Of a stretch of 61,072 bases of DNA, positions 31,051 through 39,729 are shown one piece after another. The notes under the pieces are model-generated. The model saw only the letters and a list, made by a program, of their open reading frames with translations, was not told the DNA's origin and did no database searches. This stretch comes from a virus (Duplodnaviria > Caudoviricetes). The position numbers and the translations under genes are program-made. The stretch spans positions 1 to 61,072 of the IMG/VR virus record IMGVR_UViG_3300005831_000006; one strand, given 5' to 3'. Every line of letters begins with the position of its first letter. Positions within the stretch are counted from its first letter, which is position 1.

Positions 31051-31267
31051 TAATGATATCTCCATGTTAATTAAATATAAACAAAAAAGAAATATTAGTA
31101 GACATGAATTAATGTCTATAGAACATCTTGCAAAGTTAAATCTTATAGAAATTGATACTTTGTATAGAAATACTGTAAATAATATAATTATCTATTATGC
31201 TAAAACCACTGATACTGGCATTGGTATGATAAAAATGAATAAGAAAAAAAGATTTATAATATTTTAA
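31043..31267 (+). CDS. hypothetical protein
   Basis: GGAG RBS before ATG 31043; overlaps the sbcD stop. Confidence 0.45.
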   Translation: MTDNDISMLIKYKQKRNISRHELMSIEHLAKLNLIEIDTLYRNTVNNIIIYYAKTTDTGIGMIKMNKKKRFIIF

Positions 31268-31348
31268 ATTGATATTTAAAATATATATACATTTTTTACA
31301 AGGATGAAATGAACTGTTTTAAAAACACGCAATATAAAAGGAGAGGAC

Positions 31349-31867
31349 ATGACTAAAAAGAATATTCTTCCTATGGATCCCGTAGATCTTTATGGGATAC
31401 AACCGAGGCATTCGGAACTGATAACTGAGGAAGTTATAGGTTATCTTAACTGTGTTAATATTGATACATCATTACTGTCTGAAGATGATCCGCTACGTGA
31501 AGAATATGTCAAATTCCTTAATGATATGGGTAATAGCCCAATAGTAATCACAAATGCTGATATCGGTATAGGTGAAAGCGAATCGTATTTTGATGATATC
31601 GATTTCAGTGGAGTAAATAGTAATCCATCTGATCTCAACATGAACCTTACACGTGATTATTATATTTCAAATCGATTGTGGGCAAACGGTTTATTCGGTT
31701 CTACATTGTTTCCTATATGTCCTGAATATATGGGTCCTACACAGTTCAGTACTATAAAACCGGTTGTAGCAAAGGTTATGGGAACAGAAGAAGAATTCAT
31801 GCCTATGCAATTTACTTTCGAACCTCAGGAACTTTCAGCATTAACAACGATACACGTTTCAAAATAA
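31349..31867 (+). CDS. hypothetical acidic protein (early-type promoter motif)
   Basis: AGGAGAGG RBS, TATATAT at 31282, terminator at ~31870-31899. Confidence 0.65.
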   Translation: MTKKNILPMDPVDLYGIQPRHSELITEEVIGYLNCVNIDTSLLSEDDPLREEYVKFLNDMGNSPIVITNADIGIGESESYFDDIDFSGVNSNPSDLNMNLTRDYYISNRLWANGLFGSTLFPICPEYMGPTQFSTIKPVVAKVMGTEEEFMPMQFTFEPQELSALTTIHVSK

Positions 31868-31904
31868 ACAATAAGTGGGAGAATAACTCCCACTTATTAA
31901 TTTT

Positions 31905-32522
31905 TTATAATCCTGCAGCAATAGTTTCAATTTTATCATTGATAGTACTGATATTTGCAGCGATAGTTGTCAATTTTCCTTCAATATCTCCACGTGATAT
32001 CGAATCTATCATAGGAAGAACAGTACTCAATGACTGTAATGATTTAACAATATTTTCAGCAGCGGTAAGTCTTTCTTGTAGTATATCTACTACACTATTT
32101 TGATCAGATGTTACACTTGTAAATACAAGTGATGCATTATATGTCGATGCCTTGGAAACCAATTCTGCTAAAATTGCATCTTTGGAGATTGTCTGAGCTG
32201 ATACACTTAATTCAAGAGTCACCTTATAATTGAATTTCTCTCCGACAATACTAGTTTTACTACTATCGATTATATCAGACCAAATTACAACAACATCTTC
32301 AGTTCCGACAATCTTACATTTGTAAAATTCAATATCAGAAAAATAATCAGTATAGTTACTGTCAATTATTTTCTCATTCAATGCTATTAAAAGGATATCG
32401 GATAATTTAACAGCCTCATCATAATTAACTATACCAATTACTTCAACAAGTTTATTAACATAAGTTAACCCGAATGTTGTTACAACATATTTTTTATTTA
32501 ATGTCATTGTGTATCTAGCCAT
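31905..32522 (-). CDS. hypothetical late protein with C-terminal coiled coil
   Basis: AAGGAG RBS; late-type motif at 32569-32580. Confidence 0.6.
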   Translation of the reverse strand: MARYTMTLNKKYVVTTFGLTYVNKLVEVIGIVNYDEAVKLSDILLIALNEKIIDSNYTDYFSDIEFYKCKIVGTEDVVVIWSDIIDSSKTSIVGEKFNYKVTLELSVSAQTISKDAILAELVSKASTYNASLVFTSVTSDQNSVVDILQERLTAAENIVKSLQSLSTVLPMIDSISRGDIEGKLTTIAANISTINDKIETIAAGL

Positions 32523-32568
32523 GATGTATAACTCCTTAAATGTGTAATATTTTAGTAAAAATGTCCCT

Positions 32569-32603
32569 CAATAACATGTTATTCACGACTTAACATTATT
32601 ATG
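32569..32603. promoter_or_regulatory. divergent pair of AACA-N6-TG late-type promoter motifs
   Basis: minus AACA-TGTTAT-TG; plus AACA-TTATTA-TG (32592-32603). Confidence 0.6.
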
Positions 32604-32623
32604 GGAACAGAGAAGGGATAAAT

Positions 32624-33379
32624 ATGAAACTCGATAAAAATAACAATGTTTACTATAAAAATACACTTAAACAAATGATCTCATATGTAACAAAATATGG
32701 CATCGGAGAAAGTTGTTTAGTTTATCTGTATAATTATATAGATAAAGAAACTAATTTTGTACATCCTGTGATAATACTTAATCAGGAAAGTAATCCTTGG
32801 AGTGATATTTTCTACCCAGTGAATTTATTCATCGTAGGAAAGAATTTGACAGATATTGATATATTCAATAGTGATGCTAATAATAAATATCACATTAGTA
32901 CATCAGTACTTATAGATGTAAAAAGTGTAAGAGAATTATTAAAAGATAAAACTATTGAGATAGAATTTAACATTATTGATGATAATTATATCTCTAATAA
33001 TATACCATTTTCAAGTTCTACTATTGATAGAAATATCGGTTATGTAGATAAATTTAAAAACATTAGATCATTAAATAATATATTTCCTATTGATGATAAT
33101 AAATTTATCACAATTCCGGAAAATACACTTAATGTAATACATTCTGAAGTAGTTCAAAATACATCAACTACTGTTAAATTGGAAAAGAATAGATCTGAAC
33201 TTAAGATATTTTATTCAATAATCCCATTTTTAGCAGACAAGATCGAATATTTAAGATACTTGCATGTATCTGATAATGAAGTTACAAGTACAGTATACTT
33301 GCGTTTATATATAAAATCTATAACTATACATAATTTTTATAAATATGTAGATTTATGGAATATCATCAATACACGCTAA
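32624..33379 (+). CDS. hypothetical protein, probably co-transcribed with the DNA polymerase subunit
   Basis: 251 aa, ends 13 nt before the polymerase gene. Confidence 0.55.
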   Translation: MKLDKNNNVYYKNTLKQMISYVTKYGIGESCLVYLYNYIDKETNFVHPVIILNQESNPWSDIFYPVNLFIVGKNLTDIDIFNSDANNKYHISTSVLIDVKSVRELLKDKTIEIEFNIIDDNYISNNIPFSSSTIDRNIGYVDKFKNIRSLNNIFPIDDNKFITIPENTLNVIHSEVVQNTSTTVKLEKNRSELKIFYSIIPFLADKIEYLRYLHVSDNEVTSTVYLRLYIKSITIHNFYKYVDLWNIINTR

Positions 33380-33392
33380 TTAAGGAAAATTT

Positions 33393-35162
33393 ATGTATAA
33401 ATCCATAATAAAGACCCTTTATCTGAAACCTGTGTATAATACCGATCAGCGGACTAGCCGTATAGAAAAAATACGAGACGATGTGTTATTATATCTGGTC
33501 GGAGATAGTGAGGGTAATAGAGAATTAAAAATGATAAATAATCCTAAGTATACTTTCTATTTAGCAAAAACGGATTATAAATATCATAGATTGTCAGCTC
33601 CGAAAGACGATCTTATACCAATAGTATGCGAGTATAGTAAACGTCATGATAGAATGGCTGAAGCTGTTGGTTTAAAAGATGAGTATAATTTAGCAAAGAA
33701 AGATTGGAGCACTAAACGTGATTGGATACAAAGAAATTTATACAATAATCCTAAGTTATATCATGCGGACTTTGATATCGAGGATGATTTTAGATTAAGA
33801 TTCAATGAAACTAATGGCGAACATGCTTCAGATATTGAATATGCAACGAGCTTTACAGATATAGAAACAAGAATGGATTTAGGCGATGTTAATCAGTATG
33901 TAGCAGATGCGCCTATTAGTAGTATTTGTCATATTGATAGTAAGTCTGAAACAATTTATGCAATGGTTTTAAATGATGATAATGTCCCGGAAGTACGTGA
34001 AACATTTAATGATCTTCAAAATTATGTAAGTCATTTAAAAGAATTTCTACAACAGATACGAGAAAGTGCTATTGAAAGAATAATAAAGGATAAAGGAAAT
34101 CCGAATAACATTCATTCATATAAGTTCAATTTCAAATTCTATCTATGTGAGACTGAAGCTGAATTAATATCTCAGTATTTTAAAGTAATTAAAGATACAT
34201 CTCCTGATTTCTGTGGTATTTGGAATATATCTTATGATATGAACTATATAAAGAATCGTGCTGAGAAACTTGGTTTAAATATGGCAGATTTGGCTTCATC
34301 AGACCTAATTCCTCCAAGTCATAGATACTTTATGTATGCAGAGGATTCGGAACGTTTTAGAGCTAAATCACAAGTTCATTATTCGAGATATTTCGACAAG
34401 GTGCTATCTACATCCCCGACTCAATGGTACTGTCAAATGGCGATGCATAGTAATCTAAGAAAAAGATTCTTGGAGAATGATTATAAATTGGATAGTATTG
34501 GTGATAAGTATGCCTACATCAATAAAGTTGATCTTGAAAAACAGGGATATACAATTAAGAATGTGTATAGTAAGAATTTTAAATTATTCTTAGACTATGC
34601 AATTCTTGACGTTATTGTTCAGTTTATGATTGAACGTGTTAATCAGGATGTTCAGAGACAGATGATTAACTGTAAAGATGTAAACTTTTTTCATGGATTA
34701 AGAAAGACTTTTACAATTAAAGGAGAATTATCAACCTTTTTAAAAGATAAAGGTGAAATTATAGGCAATAATAAAACCTATGATATTAATGAATCGATAC
34801 CGGGTGCAATAATTGCATCTCCTCAAAATATAGTTCAGAAAGGTGTTAAATTACTTGGAGTCGATACTCATATTTATAGAAATTGTGTTGATTTTGACAT
34901 AACTTCAGAGTATCCAAGTTTAATAATAACCTACAATATACTAAAAACTACATTGTATGGGAGGATTATTTCAATATATCTCCAAAAGGATGTAAATGGT
35001 ATGGTTATTAATACACCGATATCAAACGGATCTGATTTCAATAAAATGCTACAATCAATTGAAACATCTATTTTCGATATAGGTTCTAAATATTTTGGTT
35101 TATGTAGTATTGATGAAATAGTATCTGCTATTGAGAAAGACAGTTGCAATATCACTAAGTAA
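33393..35162 (+). CDS. family-B DNA polymerase, N-terminal subunit of a split enzyme (3'-5' exonuclease + motif A)
   Basis: ExoI TDIET, ExoII WNISYD, ExoIII YAILD, IPGA and DFDITSEYPSLIITYNI (motif A); no KxxxNSxYG or YGDTDS before the stop. Confidence 0.85.
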   Translation: MYKSIIKTLYLKPVYNTDQRTSRIEKIRDDVLLYLVGDSEGNRELKMINNPKYTFYLAKTDYKYHRLSAPKDDLIPIVCEYSKRHDRMAEAVGLKDEYNLAKKDWSTKRDWIQRNLYNNPKLYHADFDIEDDFRLRFNETNGEHASDIEYATSFTDIETRMDLGDVNQYVADAPISSICHIDSKSETIYAMVLNDDNVPEVRETFNDLQNYVSHLKEFLQQIRESAIERIIKDKGNPNNIHSYKFNFKFYLCETEAELISQYFKVIKDTSPDFCGIWNISYDMNYIKNRAEKLGLNMADLASSDLIPPSHRYFMYAEDSERFRAKSQVHYSRYFDKVLSTSPTQWYCQMAMHSNLRKRFLENDYKLDSIGDKYAYINKVDLEKQGYTIKNVYSKNFKLFLDYAILDVIVQFMIERVNQDVQRQMINCKDVNFFHGLRKTFTIKGELSTFLKDKGEIIGNNKTYDINESIPGAIIASPQNIVQKGVKLLGVDTHIYRNCVDFDITSEYPSLIITYNILKTTLYGRIISIYLQKDVNGMVINTPISNGSDFNKMLQSIETSIFDIGSKYFGLCSIDEIVSAIEKDSCNITK

Positions 35163-35263
35163 TAAATGGGGAAGTGATTCCCCATTTTTTTAATGTATTA
35201 AATTCATAATAAACACTATAACTAATTATATATAAATACTTGTATAATTAACAAGGAGATGTT

Positions 35264-35332
35264 ATGATTTATCAAAATGAGCCGCCATGGGTACCTCCAA
35301 TTGATTCTGATGATGAAGATTGGGTACTCTGA
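35264..35332 (+). CDS. 22-aa acidic micropeptide MIYQNEPPWVPPIDSDDEDWVL
   Basis: AAGGAG RBS 5 nt upstream, TATATAT motif at 35227, terminator hairpin at 35347-35376; below the ORF-track size cutoff. Confidence 0.65.
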   Translation: MIYQNEPPWVPPIDSDDEDWVL

Positions 35333-35373
35333 AAAACACAAAGATAAAAATGGGGAAATAATCCCCATTTTTT

Positions 35374-35742
35374 TTAATCAAAATCAACTTCATCTTCAGT
35401 TATTAGTCCTGCATTTTGTGTAATTGCTGGGACATTTAATTTCCCGGAATTTTTTAATTGCTGTCGACGAATTTCATCATGATTATTTATAACGATTCTT
35501 CTACCATTTTCATCAGTAATTAGTACTTTTTTAGCTGTAGCGTTGAAACAATCTCTATTTGCTATTTTATCTCTGTGTTGAACTACAATGCGATTATTAA
35601 GTTCAATATCACTTTCTTTAAGATCTATTCTAATGAGATCCTCAACAAGCATCTGTTCTATAGAACTTGCATAAGTGATTTCTTTCTTTTTAACAACTGC
35701 AGTCTCTTCAACAACTTCTACTTGCGAATTAGTGTTTTCCAT
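35374..35742 (-). CDS. hypothetical protein
   Basis: 122 aa, GAGG RBS inside the upstream gene. Confidence 0.6.
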   Translation of the reverse strand: MENTNSQVEVVEETAVVKKKEITYASSIEQMLVEDLIRIDLKESDIELNNRIVVQHRDKIANRDCFNATAKKVLITDENGRRIVINNHDEIRRQQLKNSGKLNVPAITQNAGLITEDEVDFD

Positions 35743-35744
35743 AA

Positions 35745-36167
35745 TTATACCTCTAATACCTGTGGATTTACAATTTTTACATAATTATTATTTTTTACTA
35801 TATCTGCAGTAAATTTGAAATTTGGAATATTTTCAACTGATATAGAGATAGATACGTTTGGATTTGTTATATCTTCATCTCTAATAATATCAATAGATAC
35901 CTGCTCTCTTCGATATCTACTTATATTCTCCCTAATTTCAGCTAGAGAAGTATATTGTGATTCAGAAAAATGGATACTTAACAATGACTCCATACAACCT
36001 ATATCCGGAAAGTCTATTAACGTACCTCTTTGCATCTGTATTTGATTAAAAATACTTAATATTATCTGATTAAACTTTACAATTCCATGATCGTATATCT
36101 TTTTAACATCCTCATTTTCAAATACAGGTATTATATCAACAACAGTTATATCATTTTTTATTGCCAT
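35745..36167 (-). CDS. baseplate wedge protein (gp25-like candidate)
   Basis: QMQRGTLIDFPDIGC resembles the gp25/GPW T..GE....P.FG motif; size fits. Confidence 0.5.
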   Translation of the reverse strand: MAIKNDITVVDIIPVFENEDVKKIYDHGIVKFNQIILSIFNQIQMQRGTLIDFPDIGCMESLLSIHFSESQYTSLAEIRENISRYRREQVSIDIIRDEDITNPNVSISISVENIPNFKFTADIVKNNNYVKIVNPQVLEV

Positions 36168-36289
36168 TTTTTTATCCTTTTAAAAATATGATGTTTTCAT
36201 CATTCATTATAATGTGAGAATACGTTTTTTAATTAATTTTATTCATTTAACATATTAATGAATACGATTTACACTATAAAGGAGAGTTT

Positions 36290-37102
36290 ATGAGTTCGAC
36301 CAACATAACTACAGAGATAAAAAAGATATACAAATTTCGATGTCCAGATTGTCAATTGAAGTTTACATCGATCGAATCTCTTATAAACCATATTGATGAA
36401 AAACATAAAGATAAAATTCCAGATGGAATCTCTACCAAGAGATATATTTTCAATAGAAAATATAATAAAACTATTGGTGAATGTGTAATTGATAAACTGG
36501 AGACTTTATGGAATGAAGATAAAGGACATTATGAAAGATATTGTTCTGATCGATGTCGTTTAATAGCACGAAGACGATTCGTTAACAATTGTAAAAGGAC
36601 TCTAGGTACAGAAAATCCTGCTGCTGACCCAGAACATCAGATGAAAGCCATAAAAGGTAGAAGTAATTCTGGGGTATATACTTTTAAAAGTAGCGGAATT
36701 ATAGGTTACTCCTCAAGTTATGAACTTGACTTTTTGAAATTTATTGATGAAGATATGAGTATAAAATCAAGTGAAATTGAACAATGCTCTATAATATTTA
36801 ATATTATAATGGACAATGTAAAGAAGTTTCATATTCCTGATTTTTATATGCCTACTTATAATCTAATCATTAATATAAAGGATGGTGGAGATAATCCAAA
36901 TAATAATCCGAATGTTGCTGGCGATGGCCATTTAAGGCAACGATTAGCCGATGCATCAATTATTACAAATGGTCATTACAACTATATCAAAATTGTAAAT
37001 AAGGAGTATGCGAATTTTGTTAATTTGATAGAACTTATTACAAAAAAGAGTTTTTCATCTGAATCAAATTTAAAAAATGTCATAATATCAATCCCGGAAT
37101 AG
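36290..37102 (+). CDS. C2H2 zinc-finger + TnsA-like PD-(D/E)xK nuclease-fold protein
   Basis: CPDC...H....H zinc finger, YCSDRC, SSYELDF and HIPDFY...INIKD; late-type motif at 36249-36260. Confidence 0.65.
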   Translation: MSSTNITTEIKKIYKFRCPDCQLKFTSIESLINHIDEKHKDKIPDGISTKRYIFNRKYNKTIGECVIDKLETLWNEDKGHYERYCSDRCRLIARRRFVNNCKRTLGTENPAADPEHQMKAIKGRSNSGVYTFKSSGIIGYSSSYELDFLKFIDEDMSIKSSEIEQCSIIFNIIMDNVKKFHIPDFYMPTYNLIINIKDGGDNPNNNPNVAGDGHLRQRLADASIITNGHYNYIKIVNKEYANFVNLIELITKKSFSSESNLKNVIISIPE

Positions 37103-37116
37103 GAGTTTATTAAATT

Positions 37117-38019
37117 ATGTTACACTTTTCAATAAATTCATCGTCAACTGAAGAAATGATCGATTCTATATTTAAAAGAGATGATCATATCGATGATGGT
37201 AAAGAATTTAAACTTCGTATGATAATACTATCCGGTTCAATTGGAACTGGTAAAAGTACACTGTGTAACAAGTTGGCAAATATTTATAATGCCACAATTG
37301 TTAACAAAGATTCAATATTGGAATCCCTTACAGGTACTTATGGAAAATACGATTCGGAAAAAGTAATGATATATGATAAAAGTGAAGAAGCTATTACACA
37401 TATCAGTTTAAAACTTGGTAAATCGGTGATAATTGACAGACTCAATTATACTAAGGAACTCCGGAAGAGATTCATTGATATAGCAAAATCATATAATGCA
37501 GAAGTTGTTTGCTATGATTTCGGTAGTGGTTCCGAAGTAACGTTACAACGGAGACTTGATAGAAATCGAGGCGTTCCTGCAAGAATTTGGAGAGAACTTT
37601 TCAATACTGTGAAAGCTGATTATGAAACTCCAACTGAAGAAGAGGGTATTGTAAAAATTCTTACCCCACCATCAGATAAAGAATTCAAATTTTATGCATT
37701 TGATATTGATGGTACATTATTCAGTGCAACCGATGATCTTACAACTGTAGGCGAATTAAGAAGTGACGTTGTTGCTCTTATGAAACGTCTTTATCTAAAT
37801 CCAAAAAATATAATCATAATTTGGACATGTCGAACTGATGATTCACTTAATGAAGCTCTTTCGGTCCTTCGGACAAATAATGTATATTGGGACATGGTGA
37901 ATGAAAATTATTTAGCACCATTCAAAACATCAGCAAAACCATTCTTTCATGTATTATTCGATGATCGAGTTATCAATGTCAATGATATCTCGAAATTTGA
38001 TGAAGAAGACGTTAAATAA
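37117..38019 (+). CDS. polynucleotide kinase/phosphatase-like (AAA_33 kinase + HAD phosphatase)
   Basis: P-loop GSIGTGKST, VIIDR...R; C-terminal FDIDGTL, WTCR and FDD HAD motifs; same domain order as T4 PseT. Confidence 0.75.
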   Translation: MLHFSINSSSTEEMIDSIFKRDDHIDDGKEFKLRMIILSGSIGTGKSTLCNKLANIYNATIVNKDSILESLTGTYGKYDSEKVMIYDKSEEAITHISLKLGKSVIIDRLNYTKELRKRFIDIAKSYNAEVVCYDFGSGSEVTLQRRLDRNRGVPARIWRELFNTVKADYETPTEEEGIVKILTPPSDKEFKFYAFDIDGTLFSATDDLTTVGELRSDVVALMKRLYLNPKNIIIIWTCRTDDSLNEALSVLRTNNVYWDMVNENYLAPFKTSAKPFFHVLFDDRVINVNDISKFDEEDVK

Positions 38020-38022
38020 AAT

Positions 38023-38050
38023 GATAATGGAGGATAAAACCTCCATTATC
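38023..38050. terminator. bidirectional intrinsic terminator
   Basis: GATAATGGAGG-ataaaa-CCTCCATTATC between convergent genes. Confidence 0.7.
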
Positions 38051-38217
38051 TATTTTGTATAAAAAAAGACGAAAATAGCATTTCGTAAGTCCTTATGTAC
38101 CAACGACTTACAACGGTCGAAAAAACCATATTTTACAAAAATCGCTTCAGATGCAATATAATCATCAATATGGGTAATTGTACTAATTAAGTATTTAAGC
38201 TCATCTGAGCGAGTTTA
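38044..38217 (-). repeat. 174-bp dispersed repeat, copy 1 (inverted relative to 50746-50919)
   Basis: hand alignment with the reverse complement of 50746-50919: near-identical apart from scattered substitutions and a flipped 13-bp centre. Confidence 0.95.
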
Positions 38218-39570
38218 TAAACCATCTGTATTAAGGAATACTGTATATTCATTAGTTTCTTTTACAATTACAAGATTTCCATATATCTTAGTAATAATAC
38301 CTATTATCTCTTTGGACTTCATAGGGGGAAGTGTTTTATTTTTTGGTATTTGAAATAGTATAGACTTTGACATTCTATTTGTTTTACTATTAAAATTAAT
38401 TATTTTAAAATCTCTAGATATAATTTTATCAAGAGTTTTCAAAACGAAATAAGATGCTATATCCAAAGAATCTACACCATTATTTATTATATCCGCTCTA
38501 GTTATATTTCTAATAACTTTAATTGAATTCGGTTTAACTTGAGTTCTATTATCAGCATGAACTCTCTTTTTATCGATAGGGTATGTATAAATCTTTTTAT
38601 CTAAACCATTAATAACTTTAATTATCTCATTTGCAGTTAGTTCTGGGAGTTTCTTTTCCTCATCTTCCGGAACTTCAATATCAACAGCTCTCCCGAATAT
38701 ATGCATACTTCCAGGGTTACCTACAATTTTATTATATGATTCACACCTGGTTCCTGATATAATATTTATTTTACGACGATTTAATGATTCATATAAATTC
38801 TGAACAAATTCAACTATACCATAATCTACAAAATCTGTACCACACCCACATCTTATAGGATCACATTCAAATTGATCTCTATAAAAATCTTTACTTATTT
38901 TTATTCTGGGTTTATTATGTACTGAAACTCCAGAAAAATCATCACCTGTTCCTAAGAAATCTGATAACATCTGTTTAGCTTTTGAAAACAATGATTCTCG
39001 TTCTTCTAAACCATTATATCCACCATTTATTATCTTTGTAACTTTTCGTATATCTTCTGAATCAGATGGAATATTACAATTATTAGTATTCCAGAACCAT
39101 ACACCTGATTCAACCTTACCCTGAATTGTATCAAGATAATTTTCACATTGTTCAAGCGATATACCTTTATAGTTGGCAAACTTCTGATAATTCTCTTTTC
39201 CAGTAAGTTGAATTATACCTCTACCTCTATATCTCCATCCATCACCAGATTCTTCAGAACCATTACCCATTCTATTAGCATATACTCTATTAGCTATCAT
39301 TTCTGGTCTTCTCTCATAAGTTACAGCATCAGTATAGTCAAAATATTTACCGAATGTATTTAATAAACCTGTTGCTGAATAATTGAGATTTTCCTCAAAT
39401 TTAGTAAATCCTACAGATTCATGACCGCATTGTGCTAGAAACGAAGATACTCTACTAAGACTTGATATACCGTTATCTGGAAGTATTTTATTTAATAGTA
39501 ATTGAACTATTTTATTCCCTCTAGGAAATAGTGCTGCAAATACTGCTCCAGGTATTAATTTATTTTTCAT
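38215..39570 (-). CDS. endolysin: GH19 glycosidase + peptidase M15 domain(s)
   Basis: FLAQCGHES...EENLNYS, GDGWRYRGRGIIQLTGKENY, INGGYNGLEER (GH19); FEC...CGCG, ISGTRC...N, SMHIFGRAVDI, VHAD (M15 Zn peptidase); start moved to ATG 39570 (GGAG RBS); late-type motif at 39600-39611. Confidence 0.9.
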   Translation of the reverse strand: MKNKLIPGAVFAALFPRGNKIVQLLLNKILPDNGISSLSRVSSFLAQCGHESVGFTKFEENLNYSATGLLNTFGKYFDYTDAVTYERRPEMIANRVYANRMGNGSEESGDGWRYRGRGIIQLTGKENYQKFANYKGISLEQCENYLDTIQGKVESGVWFWNTNNCNIPSDSEDIRKVTKIINGGYNGLEERESLFSKAKQMLSDFLGTGDDFSGVSVHNKPRIKISKDFYRDQFECDPIRCGCGTDFVDYGIVEFVQNLYESLNRRKINIISGTRCESYNKIVGNPGSMHIFGRAVDIEVPEDEEKKLPELTANEIIKVINGLDKKIYTYPIDKKRVHADNRTQVKPNSIKVIRNITRADIINNGVDSLDIASYFVLKTLDKIISRDFKIINFNSKTNRMSKSILFQIPKNKTLPPMKSKEIIGIITKIYGNLVIVKETNEYTVFLNTDGL

Positions 39571-39729
39571 ATAATTCTCCATCATTGTTACATATATCTT
39601 ATTAAAATGTTAAACGGATTTTTCAAATCTAATTTAAATTATATATTTATTTATGAGTATAATAGTAGTGAAAGTACCAATAATGAAAAACATATCATCT
39701 ATTCACATAACTTTTAAGGCACAATTATC

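Noticed and set aside
38044-38217. 174-bp element as a classical MITE or IS
   Set aside because: No terminal inverted repeats or target-site duplication seen and no transposase in the window; kept as an unclassified repeat
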